Assembly (NCBI GenBank): GCA_951406725.2
Contig: OX597819.1
Span: 50,096,001-50,160,000 of the forward strand
Origin: Octopus vulgaris
Lineage: Eukaryota
Direction: 5' to 3'
Length of the DNA: 64,000 nucleotides
The position numbers and the translations under genes were made by a program. A model generated the notes under the pieces. That model did no database searches and was not told where the DNA came from. It saw only the letters and a program-made list of their open reading frames with translations. Shown here piece by piece: positions 1-13,799 of the stretch (the stretch's first letter is position 1; each line of letters begins with the position of its first letter).

Positions 1-42
1 ATTATTATTATTGTTATTATTATCATTTTATTATTATTATTA

Positions 43-180
43 TTCAAATTCCTCCAAGGTCAACTTTGCCTTTCATCCTTTCGAGGTCGATAAATTAAGT
101 ACTAGTTGCGTACTGGGGCGATCTAATCGACTAACCCCCTCCTCCCAAATATCGGGACTTGCGCCTAGAGTAGAATAGAT
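43..180 (+). mobile_element. 5'-truncated tRNA-derived SINE, family A (Deu/Nin-like core, tail type B)
   Basis: Core TTTGCCTTTCATCCTTTCGAGGTCGATAAATTAAGTAC is shared with copies at 1108, 3255, 15635, 37562, 40801 and 58530; tail ends CCTAGAGTAGAA. Confidence 0.8.
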
Positions 181-299
181 TCTTCTTCTTCTTCTTCTTC
201 TTCTTCTTCTTCTTCTTCTTCTTCTTCTCCTCCTCCTCCTCCTCCTCCTCCTTCTTCTTCTTCCTTCGTAACACAGTAGGTAAAAACGCACCGGAGTCT

Positions 300-1030
300 T
301 TAGTCATCTGTCAAGTCACAACAAGGACCTCAGACAGATAATACTTTCCTTAAAATGTGCGCTGTGCCCAATAAGGCTGCTTTTTGCTAGACAGTCTTGC
401 ATGGGATTTCCAGTTGCCTTAAGAAGTTTTGAAGATTCAATGGGATTGAGCCCAATGCTCCGATCACCACTGGTATCATTTTTACATTACCCTCTCGCAT
501 TCTATACCGTCTTGTCATTTCCACTTTCAATTCGGAGTACTTAGTGATTTTTTCAACTTCTTTACTCACAACATTCATGTCATTTGGTATGGCTACATCA
601 ATGATTTGGCAGTATTTGTCTCTCCTATTCAATATGACAATATTCGGCCGACGGTGTTCGATTACACGATCCGTCTGAAAATTATAGTCCCAGATTATCG
701 TTACTTTTCCATCCTCCTGTATAACTTTATTTGGTGCATGCTCATACCTTTTCTCTGTTACTTCATAATGGTATTTACGGAGACACACACACTTTATCGT
801 GGCGGCGCTTGTATTCTTCTTGAGCAAGGCTTTCTCATCCACTTTTCAAGTGGGTCACATGTCCCGCATTCTTTCCACAGAGTCTGCATTTCTAGGTGTC
901 AGAAATTTTATAGATGTTATACTTCACTGAATTGGTAGCGAGAGCCTCATCTTGTGCAGCAATGGTCAGGCTTTCGGTGGTATGCTTCAAATCACCTCGA
1001 TTAAGCCATGCTATATTTTCCTTAACGTCT
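300..1030 (-). mobile_element. R4/Dong-like non-LTR retrotransposon 3' fragment (RLE domain), decayed
   Basis: ORF 387-842 reads IIWDYNFQTDRVIEHRRPNIVIL..IIDVAIP..EKITKY..IPVVIGALG (PD-(D/E)xK-type RLE); upstream WLNRGDLKHTTESLTIAAQDEAL motif; close paralogue at 53855-54690. Confidence 0.85.
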
Positions 1031-1031
1031 T

Positions 1032-1093
<62 letters not shown>

Positions 1094-1107
1094 GTTATCA
1101 TTACTAA

Positions 1108-1320
1108 GGTGACGTGCTAACAGAATCGTTAGCACGCTGGGCGAAATGCTTTAGAAGTATTCCGTCCATCTAACGTTCTGAGTTCAAATTCCTCCGAAGT
1201 CGACTTTGCCTTTCATCCTTTCGAGCTCGATAAAATAAGTACCAGTTGTGTACCGGGATCGCTGTAATCGACTATCCCATTCCCCCAAATTTCAGGCCTT
1301 GTGCTTATAACAGAAAGGAT
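1108..1320 (+). mobile_element. tRNA-derived SINE, family A (tail B)
   Basis: Head GTTAGCACGCTGGGCGAAATGC, B-box-like GAGTTCAAATTC, shared core, flanked by (ATT)n. Confidence 0.85.
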
Positions 1321-1331
1321 TATTATTATTA

Positions 1332-2078
1332 TGTGATGAAAACTCACAGCTTATTTTGCTGGGTATGATGGGAAAATGTCAGCTGTTCACAGCCAGCAGA
1401 CTAAGGTGACACACATTCGCTGTTCGTGCTTCAAGAACCCTGAGAAGAATTCTTGCAGTTCCAAGCAATGCTGATTTTTGTAGGTGTTCTACCTTCACAC
1501 TTGCATAATCTTTTTTAACCATGTTAGCAGTTGAGTGCTGATACTTCCAAGTGCACCAATTGCTGTTGGCATCACCTCTACTCTCCTCATGGAGCACAAC
1601 CTTCGTATTTCTCATTTCAAATCGCCATAGTTGTTTATTTTTTCTTTTTCTTTCACATTGTTACTCTTGTCACTGGGTCATGCTATGTTGATTATCATAC
1701 ATGTCCTTTGCCGCTATTGTATGCTGCTATTTGTATCAGTTTTCCTTCCTTCTGAAGTAGATATTTTTGCAGTCTTATGGTAGTTATTTTATAGTAGTTT
1801 TCCAGCTGCATAAGGCCTCTACCACCTTCTATACGTTGTATATATAGCCTTTCTAAGTCAGATTTTGGGTGATGCATCCTAGATCCTGTCATTATTTTTC
1901 TTGTTTTCCTATCTATTTTGGTCAGTTCATTTAGTGCCCAGTTAAGGATATTGTAGCTGTAACTTATAACTGAGACTGCTAAAGTGTTAATACCTATTAT
2001 CGTGTTTTTATCATTGAGCTCTGTTTTTAGTATTGATCTAACTCGTCTATAATATTCTTTTTCTATTTTCTCTTTCAT
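1332..2078 (-). mobile_element. R4/Dong-like LINE fragment (RT C-terminal region joined to RLE, internally deleted)
   Basis: ORF 1695-2078 EYYRRVRSILKTELN..IDRKTRKIMT..MHHPKSDLERLYIQRIEGGRGL; 3' part LQKSALLGTARIL; 3' end abuts (TAA)n. Confidence 0.85.
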
Positions 2079-2097
2079 TTGTGTGTGTTGTCTCTTC

Positions 2098-2310
<213 letters not shown>

Positions 2311-2311
<1 letters not shown>

Positions 2312-3195
2312 GTCTTTGCATAGCTTCTAACCCTGGAGATGTACTACGGTGTCAGCTGTTCCCTACTAGTGAACTAAGGTAATACCCCTTATTTTTCGAG
2401 CACCATCTGGAGTATTTGAGCGGTTCCAAACAATATTGTTTTCTGCAAGTGCTCCCACTCTTATTGCAGCTCCTATTTGTTCCATGTACTTCTCAAGATT
2501 TTTACTCACTGTTCCCAGGGCTCCGACAATTATTGGTACTACCACCATCTTTTTCAACGACCACAGCTGCTTAACCTCCCAAGCTAACCTGTCGACTTTT
2601 CTTTCGACTTTTCTTTCTTCCTTCTCACATACCTTGTCGTCAGCCGGGCATGCTATATCTATCATCCAGCATCGTTTGCTTTCTTTCTCAATTAAGACTC
2701 TGTCTGGCTTCCTATTCTCTATCTCATGGTCGCACAGAATCATAAAATCCCATAGGATCTTTGCTTTATCATTTTCGATGATGCCTTCGGGTTTATGTTA
2801 GAACAACTTTTTTGCTCTGTCAAGTCCATATTCGTTGTAAAATGTCCGATGGACAATCCTTGCTATGTTGTCACAAAGTCTCTTATATTCATTCTGGGCT
2901 AGTGGCATACAATGACTGGCAATATGCCATACGGTTTCACCATTTTGTCCACAAATTTTGCCCTTATCACTTTCTGATGTGTTGTCTATTCTATATTGGA
3001 TGTAATTGGTTCTTAGTGCTTGCTCTTAGGCAGCACAGATTAAAGCCTCCATTTCCGGTTTTAGATCACTTTTAGTCATCTACAGCCAACTCTTTTTCTC
3101 TGTCTGTCTCATCTTCAACATCCCTATGAAATTGTCCATGCATTCTTTTCTTTACCCACCTATTTTCAGTTTCATTCGTTTTCAATTTCTTGTAC
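2311..3195 (-). mobile_element. R4/Dong-like LINE 3' fragment (zinc-knuckle region plus RLE)
   Basis: ORF 2366-2743 DHEIENRKPDRVLIEKESKRCWMIDIACP..VVVPIIVGALG; upstream QALRTN..GETV..HI remnants; 3' end abuts (TAA)n. Confidence 0.85.
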
Positions 3196-3254
3196 AGAGA
3201 AACATAAAAATGTCCGATGTCCAAATAAGTCAACATAGAATAAGCTGCGTCATA

Positions 3255-3430
3255 TATATTTCTTTATTGCCCACAGGGGGCTAAACATAGAAGGGACAAA
3301 CAAGGACAGACAACGGGATTAAGTTGGTTACATCGACCCTAGTGCGTAACTGGTACTTATTTAATCGACCCCGAAAGGATGAAAGGCAAAGTCAACCTCG
3401 GCGGAATTTGAACTCAGAACGTAACAGCAG
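3255..3430 (-). mobile_element. SINE family A, 5'-truncated, tail type A (..GGGCAATAAAGAAAT)
   Basis: Reverse complement of the shared core and tail. Confidence 0.8.
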
Positions 3431-3955
3431 CGTCATATAGGCGGCGCAAAGACGTTTGTTCTAAAAACGTTTAATAACCTTCTGATGATAAAAGAAGGGC
3501 ATTAGGAGATCGGATGTAAATTTGCTCAGACTGAGAGTCACAAACAAATATCTTCAGAATAAACGAACTCAGAATCTGTCAAATACAATATGAATTCCTC
3601 TCGCACTAAGCCATTACCTCACTACATAAGCATATTAGAATAAAGAAGAATTTGAATTTCATTTATAGGGATGTCTTAACTGCGACAATGATGATATATT
3701 CTTCTCGTCTATAGCAAGAGTTAACATTTCGATTACGGAACGACCCGATGTTTGTCTCATGTGCATACCAAGTGCAAACAGGCAAGAGAATCGAAGATAA
3801 ATTAAATACGAAGCTGTAAATATTTGTGTGCTTCCATAGAAATTTCAGTGCAAAATCTACGGCGGTTTATTCACCTTTATTCACAATGCAAAAAAGGAAT
3901 GAGAAGTATTTTGTTTACGCAGCTCCTACATACGCACAAACACACATAAACGCAT

Positions 3956-4034
<79 letters not shown>

Positions 4035-4201
4035 TATCTATGTTACGTGTTTATGTTTGTATGTGAGCATGCATCATTGTATATTAAAAATATACAATTA
4101 CTTCTATTCGCATTTTATAAGGAATCCCTATACACACAGGCTCATTGTAAATATGTAAGTGTGCATATATTGTATGTTTATCTATCTACTTATCTATCTA
4201 A

Positions 4202-4286
<85 letters not shown>

Positions 4287-4485
4287 GATTTTATACATGA
4301 TGCATTGAATTGTATATTTATATATGTGTATACATATGTTTATATATATATATGTATGTATATATATATATATATATGCATATATATATATGCATACATA
4401 CAAACATGCATATATGTACACATACATACATCCATACAACCATGCATATACACACGCACACATACACTCAAACACACACACACAT

Positions 4486-4522
<37 letters not shown>

Positions 4523-4780
4523 CCATACATACATATAAACATTGTACGTATGAACATACGTATGTATATGTGTGTATATGCATGCACATGAATATATGCA
4601 TATATGTATGTTTGTATGTATGTATGTATGTATGTATGTATGTATTTATGAACGTATGTATGTATGTACGTATCTGGTATTCCCGTGTATAAATTTATAC
4701 AACAATACCAACAGCAGCAAAAGCACCAGCAATGGCAGACATAACAAAAACATGAACAAAAACAGCAACAACAACCACTG

Positions 4781-4862
<82 letters not shown>

Positions 4863-5487
4863 GATGATGACGACGATGACGACGACGACGATGACGACGA
4901 AATCAAATAAGCGAATATTTCTATTCTGCAAATGTATGGGATTTAAATTAGTCTGGGAGTCAGACAGGGGTTGTTCGATTGAATATGTAATATCTATGAG
5001 CACAAATATCTATATGTGGTGTTTGGTTAATTTTTATACGCTAACACTCATGTTTACATTGGCACACATAAATATTTTATTATGCTAATGTATGTACGTA
5101 CGTGCGAATGTATGTATGTATGTATGTATGTATGTATGTATGTATGTTTGTATGCATGTATGTATATATATATATATTTGTGGTAGCAATGAAGGAAGTC
5201 AAGCGAGTGATAATTTGAAATCATTTAATACGTACGTTTCAGTTTTGTGTAATATATAATAGGAAATACAACCATTATGTAAACTTTCTTCAGTTAAAGT
5301 ATTTCCAAGTACATGTATGCATGTATGTCATTATTCAGTTTTATTTCAAGATTTCTTGTCAATAGAGAAAGAGCCGGTTTCTAACCTAAATCCAAAACTC
5401 CGTTGGTATTTCCAACATCAACTTGGCATTTTATATATGTATGTATGTAAGTATGAATGTATGTATGTATGGGTGTGTATGTATGTA

Positions 5488-5561
<74 letters not shown>

Positions 5562-5573
5562 AGTAGATTTGTA

Positions 5574-6891
5574 CAGGGTGTTCCAGAAATGTTTACCCAT
5601 GTTTAAAACTCTTCCTAAAGAATATCGGTTCAGATAATAGTAGCTTCATTTTACATAAAGGTTTGCACATGTCATTTGTTCATGTGTCTACTGTTTCGTT
5701 CGTCTATAACAGGTTTGTAAACAAACATGGCGTCGAAGGCAAAACTTGACCAGATTGTCGCTTTGAAAACAGCTGCAGTGAGCAAGAAGGACATAACAAA
5801 GCAATTGAATGTGTGCCGTAAAACAGTGTTCAATACCTGGAAACGATATATGGAGTCCGCTACTACCTCTAGCAAGCCAATTCCTGGTAGGAAGCGATCA
5901 ATTCGTGCCAAACAAACTTTTGAAGCAGTAAAGAAGAGAGCGAACTGAAATCCCCGTAGGAGTGCAAGAAAAACTGCAAAAGCTCTCGATATTTCGAAAT
6001 CATCAATGCACAGCATTTTAAAGGAGGATTTAAAGCTAACAGCATACAAGAAACAAGCCCGGAAGTTAATTTCAGTAGCTTCCACGAAGAAACGGCTCGA
6101 CAGAACCATTTTAACTGAAAGAAAGCTCACCGCTAACAAAGTTCCGACGAGAAGATTTTTATCGTGGAGGCAATTACCAACAAGTAAAATGACAGGCTTT
6201 ATGCACGTAACCCAGGAGACTTGACCGAAAGTAGCAGGAGCCAGTTACGCTGGCAGAAGCCAGCTTCACTCATGGTGTAGGTCGTAGTTGCATCTGATTG
6301 GTCCAATCTCCCTTGATCTTCATCGATGTTGGCGACAAGGGCAGCCGAAGTTTACGTGGAAATGTTGGATGAGAAAGTGTTACCATAGGTCTCAGAAGCC
6401 GTTGGTGACTGTTACATCTTCACTCAAGACGGCGCTCTGGTCCACATATCCAATTTGACACAGAGATGGTTCAATGAGCATCACTCCTATTCAAATGTGT
6501 AAGATCTGAAGAAAGCCTTTCTGTCTCATGGGTCAAGTTGGATGCTCATGCAACTCAATGACCACCCGTGTGCAGGCTATGATCAAGGCGAAAGGTGGTC
6601 ATTTTGAAATGTAATTACTGCAATGGATTGACAATTTAGATTAGAACGTGTGTGCCAAATTTCATTATCCTACCTTAAGTTTATTTTGAATAATTAAGAA
6701 GGAGTGGCTGTGTGGTAAGTGATAGGCGCAGGAGTGGCTGTGTGGTAAGTAGCTTGCTTACCAACCACATGGTTCTGGGTTCAGTCCCACTGCGTGGCAC
6801 CTAGGGCAAGTGTCTTCTACTGTAGCCTCGGGCCGACCAAAGCCTTGTGAGTGGATTTGGTAGACGGAAACTGAAAGAAGCCCATCGTATA

Positions 6892-6936
<45 letters not shown>

Positions 6937-7178
6937 TTGTGTGTCTGTGTTTGTCCCCCTCACCATATCGCTTGACAACTGATGCTGGTGTGTTTACGTC
7001 CCCGTAACTTAGCGGTTCGGCAAAAGAGACCGATAGAATAAGTAGTAGGCTTACAAAGAATAAGTCCTGTGGTCGATTTTCTCGACTAAAGGCGATGCTC
7101 CAGCATGACCGCAGTCAAATGACTGAAACAAGTAAAAGAGTATATATATCAATGGGTAAATCTTTATGGGACACCCTG
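5574..7178 (+). mobile_element. Tc1-like DNA transposon with decayed transposase, interrupted by a SINE
   Basis: TIRs CAGGGTGTTCCAGAAATGTTTACCCAT (5574) and ATGGGTAAATCTTTATGGGACACCCTG (ends 7178), TA on the left; HTH-type ORF 5727-5948 (..VCRKTVFNTWKRY..PGRKRS); FTQDGA motif near 6420 and MIKAKGGHFE terminus near 6580-6610. Confidence 0.85.
6700..7140 (+). mobile_element. tRNA-derived SINE, family B (CORE-like, internal (TA)n), nested in the Tc1 element
   Basis: GGCGCAGGAGTGGCTGTGTGGTAAG head, GGTTCAGTCCC B-box-like, GGGCAAGTG core; 3' end CAGTCAAATGACTGAAACAAGTAAAAGAG; many copies in the window. Confidence 0.9.
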
Positions 7179-7204
7179 TGTGTTTTGTTTTATATATGTA
7201 CTCC

Positions 7205-7760
7205 CATGCATACAGCTCCATGCCTAGACATGTGCATTTATACTAAAATGATAAACCTCTGGAAAGTTTTACAGACTCTTGTAGTTCCAGTGATGGCTTG
7301 AATCTGTAGTCTTCGAATCAGCTTTCTCCTTTCTGTTTTTGAGGAGCCTAATTTCTCAAGATTGATATTTAGACAGTGTGTTATATATCCGAGGGCCTCC
7401 AAAATTACAGGTATAAACTTGAACTTGTAATCTGGATTGTGTAGCTGTAGATTCCTCAATAGTTCAGCGTAGGTATTTCTTTTTTCGGTGATCTTTAGCT
7501 TTATGTTAACATCCGCTGGGCAGCTGATTTCCACAACTGTACACAGTTTCTCTTCTCTTTCCCAAATCATTATGTCAAGTCTGTTATATTTACATTATAT
7601 TGAGATTTTCACTGGAACATTCCACCAGTACTTCTTTTTATTATGAGTGCCTATGGCTTCCACCATACTGTGGGTTCTTATTATACAGAACGGATCTCAT
7701 TATTATACAACGGATCTCATTATACAGTGTCCTAGCTACAACATCATGTGCTATCGGTAG
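7205..7760 (-). mobile_element. RLE-type LINE 3' fragment (R4-like)
   Basis: ORF 7238-7570 IWEREEKLCTVVEISCPADVNI..EKRNTY..FIPVILEALG; YWWNVP remnant upstream. Confidence 0.75.
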
Positions 7761-7912
7761 ATAATACCGTGATGACATTTTCAGACAACCGCTTATGATG
7801 TGGGTGATATCTAGCATTTCTTCCCAGTACCAACACCGTTTTCTTCGGTAGAGAATAACAATTAATTTGGTCAGTGTTCAGCAGAAATTTTAAATATATA
7901 TGTGCCTGTGTT

Positions 7913-7955
<43 letters not shown>

Positions 7956-8020
7956 ATATTGTTGACGTGTGTGTGCGTGTGTATACATACATACATACAT
8001 GCATACATACATACATACAT

Positions 8021-8067
<47 letters not shown>

Positions 8068-8254
8068 TACACACACACACATAAATACATACTTATAAAT
8101 TGAAGGTATAATCATTAACATGATTAGATCAGTGGCTAGCGTATAAAAAACGACCATATCGGTAAAATTAATTTTCAAGTTTATAATTATAAAAAATATA
8201 ATTATAGTTATAATTATAGCCCGTAATATAATTATAATTATAATTATAATTATA

Positions 8255-8410
8255 GCCCGTAACTTAGCGGTTCGGCAAAAGAGACTGATAAAATAAGTAC
8301 CAGGCTTACAAAGAATAAGTCCTGGGGTCGATTTGCTTGACAAAAGGCGGTGCTCCAGCATGGCCACAGTCAAATGACTGAAACAAGTAAAAGAGCAAAG
8401 AGCAAAGAGC
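8255..8410 (+). mobile_element. SINE family B 3' half
   Basis: CCCGTAACTTAGCGGTTCGGCAAAAGAGAC..CAGTCAAATGACTGAAACAAGTAAAAGAG. Confidence 0.85.
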
Positions 8411-8699
8411 ATAGTGAAGGGCACTGGAATGTCGGTTTATCTCTACTGAGGAGTGCAAAGTAATCTACATTACAGAGCAAGAAATCTTAAGATACAGGAT
8501 TATCCGAAATTTGTAAATCTTCTTGCTTATTTCCTCACACTCAGCCTTGGGTTATAAATACAGAACAAATTTAGAGTGGAATGTAGGTATTTGACATCTA
8601 CTTTTAGCGTATAGGCGCTGACAATCCAGTGCCCTTAATCATAATGATATTTTTATAATTATATACTTAATATATATATATATATTAAAAAAAAATATT

Positions 8700-9465
8700 T
8701 CCACAGTTTTCAAATAGGTGGACATTTTCCTTTTTTCGTTCTGTCTCCCCCTTTTACTTTTGTGAAGGCGTGGTAGGTAGGTAGTAGTGGATCAGAAGAA
8801 ATATTTAATATGAAGGATGTTGGTTCTGGATTTTGACCGTTTAAGCAGCAGTAGCCGAGGAAGGAGACGGCGAAGAAGAAGAAGAAGCAGAAGAAGAAGC
8901 AGAAAAGGGAGAAAGAGGAGTAGAAGAAGTAGGGAAAGAAGAATAAGACAGGAGTGGCATGACAGTAGTAGACTGTTGGTAGAGTCACGTGACCTAAAAG
9001 TGTCCTGTTGTGATTACAGCCGTAGTGATTGGAAATGTTCTGAATAAATTCATGGGTAGTAACTGTTCTGAATATATAATTTTTAATATTTGCATGGCTA
9101 TTATTCTAAGACCCTTGTAGTAGTGGTGAAAGCATTCAAAAGGGGTTTATATTTTGCGCTGGTTATAGGTTGCATCGACCCTGAATTTATAGAGGAGAAA
9201 AAATTCTGAAGTTGGGTTCTTCGTTAGTGGCCGAAATGTCGATGTGTTTGGTAAATGTTAATTTTCTGTATTTCCGAAATTTAATCTGGGATCTATGTAG
9301 GGTCATCCCCTGGCGTAGACTGCCTTTGGTTTGGCTTATGTATTGCTCTCGATACCTTGAGCAAGTCGATACATATATTAGGTTCTCCGAAGCACATGTG
9401 AAGTTGCTTTTCACTGTAAAACGTTGACCTTGTTTGAAGGAGAACTCCGACCCACAAGTAGGTTG
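8700..9465 (-). mobile_element. Penelope-like element fragment (GIY-YIG endonuclease)
   Basis: ORF 9187-9543 contains NFTCASENLIYVSTC..EQYISQTKGSLRQGMTLHRSQIK...KH, the Penelope GIY-YIG signature; extent of the 3' non-coding part is approximate. Confidence 0.75.
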
Positions 9466-9508
9466 ACGCATACACACACACATATATATGCATACACACA
9501 CACACGCA

Positions 9509-9545
<37 letters not shown>

Positions 9546-9546
9546 T

Positions 9547-10068
9547 CTTTTTCAGAATGAGATAAAAAAAACCAAGGCTGTGAAGATTTTTTGAACATTT
9601 ATAAATAGAAAGTCTTCCAGCTGTTTCCAGGATATTTATTATATCCCTTCATCGGAGACGGTGTGAGAAAATGGTTAAGCAATAGTTAATTTAGATAAGA
9701 TACGAAATAGAGAGTGAAGTGGATGAATGAAAATAGATGTGAGATATGCAAGGATATTGCATTTGTAGATCCATTATATAGGCAGAATGGTATACATATA
9801 AGATTCCAATACCTTGTGAGTAAATTCCAATAGTATTTAAAATTGGTCATTCCAAGTATAGAATTTGTATAGAGTTTACATATCTCACATCTATTTTCAT
9901 TCTACTCTCTATTTCGCATCTTATCTAAATTAACTATTGCTTAACCATTTTCTCACACCGTCTCCGATGAAGGGATATAATAAATATCCTGGAAACAACC
10001 GTAAGACCTTCTATTTATAAATGTTCTAAAATCTTCACAGCCTTGGGTTTTTATCTCATTTTGAAAAA
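9547..10068. repeat. ~200-bp inverted repeat pair (about 9547-9750 and 9874-10068), each arm with a hammerhead-like motif; probable Penelope terminal repeats
   Basis: Arms are near reverse complements, e.g. ATCCCTTCATCGGAGACGGTGTGAGAAAATGGTTAAGCAATAG vs CTATTGCTTAACCATTTTCTCACACCGTCTCCGATGAAGGGAT. Confidence 0.85.
9960..10007 (+). ncRNA. Minimal type I hammerhead-like motif with CCGA core variant
   Basis: gtct-CCGATGA-ag-ggatat-aataa-atatcc-tg-GAAAC-aacc-GTA-agac; stem I gtct/agac, stem II ggatat/atatcc. Confidence 0.55.
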
Positions 10069-10437
10069 AAATTTTTTTTTATATATGCACATGCTGATAT
10101 ATGACCTACGTTGCACTACTTATTCGAATAATCACCGAACATGGAGCTTAACTATAGTCTATCCACAGCACTTACTCAGCACTACCTGACACCTTTGGGT
10201 CTTATTAACACCATTACCTCTCAATCCCCCTCTCTCTCTATATATATATAGAGAGAGAGACATAGATTGATAGATAGAGTGATAGATAAATAGATTGATA
10301 GAGTGATAGATAGATAGATAGATAGATAAATATATAGATAGATAGATAAAACTTACTTGGAAATGGATGCGTGGCGTTCGATCATATATTAATATAAATA
10401 ATATATATATATTATTCACATTATATACATGTATATA

Positions 10438-10510
<73 letters not shown>

Positions 10511-10899
10511 TTAGGGAATAAATCCAAACTTACAGGGAAAAATTAGATTTAGGATTAAATCCAATTTTATAATATAAATATTATATTAAATTAGAGATAA
10601 AACCACTATTAGGCAAATCAAACAGTGAAAAACATAAGCTAATACATAAAATTAATTTAAAAATATAAAAGTTAAAAATAAAAAATTATTTAAATAATTT
10701 AAACTTATAAATTTTATATATATACATATACAAATATATATATATGTATGTATGTATATTTTTATATATATATATTATTTTATTAATTAATTAATTAATT
10801 TATCTATTTATTTAATTTTTTTTTATATATCAAAAGTATTAAAAGTTTAATATAGATCCTGTTTTGGCCTCTATTTTTCACTCTCCCTAATTATATACA

Positions 10900-11113
10900 A
10901 AGAAATATCTACATACTGCGTGTCTACCGTTGGCGATTTTTTTTCCTCTGTCTTCCCTTCTCTGGATCTTTCCTTCTCCTATGTTTCCGACGAAGAGCTC
11001 CGCTCGAAACGTTAAACCCTCCTTCTTTCCTTCTTTCCTGAGCGTCCAATAATACTATATTTGTTCCACGTCCTCACGTTGCTGTGTTTTTTTTTGTGCG
11101 TTCATGTTTGGAT

Positions 11114-11120
<7 letters not shown>
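10900..11120 (+). mobile_element. Non-autonomous Penelope-terminal-repeat-like element with hammerhead motif at 10983-11017
   Basis: gttt-CCGACGA-a-gagc-tcc-gctc-GAAAC-GTT-aaac; same family as 14230-15350 and 19570-19770; ends in (TA)n. Confidence 0.65.
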
Positions 11121-11183
<63 letters not shown>

Positions 11184-11185
<2 letters not shown>

Positions 11186-11364
11186 AATTAAGGACTGAAC
11201 ACGAAAAGTGGACAGTCAACATGCTAGATATAGACGTCAAATCGCCATTCTCCACAAAAGATTATGTTCTCAAATGAAACTCATAATCTTTTGTGGAGAA
11301 TGGCGATTTAACGTCTATATCTAGCATGTTGACTGTCCACTTTTCGTGTTCAGTCCTTAATTGG
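11184..11364. repeat. Near-perfect palindrome, 83-bp arms and 15-nt loop
   Basis: 11184-11266 is the reverse complement of 11282-11364 with one mismatch; (TA)n on both sides. Confidence 0.95.
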
Positions 11365-11450
11365 TATATATACATATTTTAATCTTCGGATTCTTTTTTA
11401 ATATGCTAGACCACTGGTTTTAATTGATAAATATCAATTTCTACCCTTAA

Positions 11451-11520
<70 letters not shown>

Positions 11521-12311
11521 ACACTCATAAATACGTGCATGCAAAAATACATAAATACATACAAACACATATATATGTATATATATATATATATGTATAT
11601 ATATATACACACACATATATATATGTACATACATATATATGTATATTTATATATATACATATATATATATACATATAAATATACATATATACATATAGAT
11701 ATGTGTGTGTTTACATATGTATGTATTTATTTCCTTGCATTCTCAATTCTTTCCTCTTTTCTCTTTTTCTTCCTCTGTATTCTTCGTTTAACTTTTCCCT
11801 TTTATGTCTAAATGTAATTCTTCGTTTCACTCTCCATTCTTCTTTTAACTCTTTTCCCACGTTTCTACTTGCATTTTTCTTTCCTTTCTTTCCTTCTTCA
11901 CTTCTTTGTTTCTCCCTTCCCTCCATCACTTCTATTTTCCTTCTTTTCTCTCAACTTCTCTCTCTATCTTCCTCTGCTCATTTATATAACTATCTTCCTA
12001 TTCTATTTCGTTTTCTTCAGTGTTTTCTTCACTTTTCAGTTTCGCAGCTATTTCTTTAATACATGGTATAGAATTGATAGAGGGATTGACTCCAAGCAGC
12101 TGTAGTCGATTATATTTCGGAATTATGTCTTTTATTTTGATGCCAAAATGTGATTTTTGGCATATGGCTTTCCTTAACTATTGATGGTAAGTTTCCTTTC
12201 CAACTCTACATCCTTCACGAACACTTCGCCTAGTGATCGCCACCGTCTGCGTGAACGCGAACGCAAACACACACAGGCACACACACACGCATGCACACCC
12301 ACACCCACTCA

Positions 12312-12366
<55 letters not shown>

Positions 12367-12586
12367 TCTTTGTCTATTTCTCTCTCTCATTCTTTCCATC
12401 TCCCTCACACATATATGAATAGTGAATATCTTTTCATGCATGCCCGCATGCAAATGCATTCCTATACATTTCTGTGTGTGCGCGTATGTGTGTGTATGTG
12501 TGTGGGTGGGTGTGTGTGTGTGTATATAGGCATACATATATACATACATATGTGTATATATGTTCCTGAATTTGTTTGATAGATAT

Positions 12587-12648
<62 letters not shown>

Positions 12649-12839
12649 ATATACATAGTTAAATAAACACACGCACTATATATTCGTTCTTCACTCGTTT
12701 TTTTATCGTTCTTATTTTATTTTTTGTCGAATCTCAGGAAATCGTTCGTCACATATCTGTGACCTCCACAGCGACTCTTCCATCCACGTGTATCCTCCTG
12801 TTCTGTTAGTCCACTCTACATACGCTTTCACGTCAGAAA

Positions 12840-12874
<35 letters not shown>

Positions 12875-12898
12875 GTATATATATGTATATATATCACG

Positions 12899-13204
12899 TC
12901 ACGTGATCACGTGACCGACCAGACCATCAGATGTTGTTACACATCGCTGGTCACAATGCGTTCGCATAGTTTTAGCCTTCGAATGACGCCACCCCGCTGG
13001 CTAAGCGTGCAGGCCAACAGAAGAAAGAGTGGGAGAAAGAGTGGTGAAAGAGTACAGCAGGGATCACCACCCCCTGCCGGAGCCTCGTGGAGCTTTTAGG
13101 TGTTTTCGCTCAATAAACACTCACAACGACCGGTCTGGGAATCGAAACCGCGATCCTCCGACCGCGAGTCCGCTGCCCTAACCACTAGGCCATTGCGCCT
13201 CCAC
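12899..13204 (-). mobile_element. tRNA-derived SINE, family C, ending TCACGTGA, within (TA)n
   Basis: Head GGCGCAATGGCCTAGTGGTTAGGGCAGCGGACTCGCGG..GGTTTCGATTCCC with A and B boxes; copies at 16179 and 43548. Confidence 0.9.
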
Positions 13205-13248
<44 letters not shown>

Positions 13249-13318
13249 GTATATATACACATGTATATATATATACACACATACATGTATATATATATAT
13301 ATACATATATATATACAT

Positions 13319-13359
<41 letters not shown>

Positions 13360-13590
13360 CGTGTATATATGTATACACGCAAACACTTATATGTATATGC
13401 ATATATATACATGTGTATATGCATGTGTAATGCTCGAAATGAGGAGTAGATAGACAACCGACAACTGATGAAGGGTCGGTCTTTGTCTTACTTGTCCTGT
13501 TTTCCATTTTTCTCTCTTTGCGTATTTAACGTGTTTCTTATCATACTTCATGTTGTTTACAGTTGGTGACATCCTGTACCCATATATGCA

Positions 13591-13783
<193 letters not shown>

Positions 13784-13799
13784 CTTTTTATCTTTTATT

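Noticed and set aside
13130-13204. tRNA genes at SINE heads (also 16179, 32160, 43548, 55590)
   Set aside because: A and B boxes are present but acceptor stems are not intact and each head continues into a repeat body
13430-13480. Permuted hammerhead GCTC-GAAA...CTGATGA-AGGGT
   Set aside because: Stems I and III do not pair convincingly
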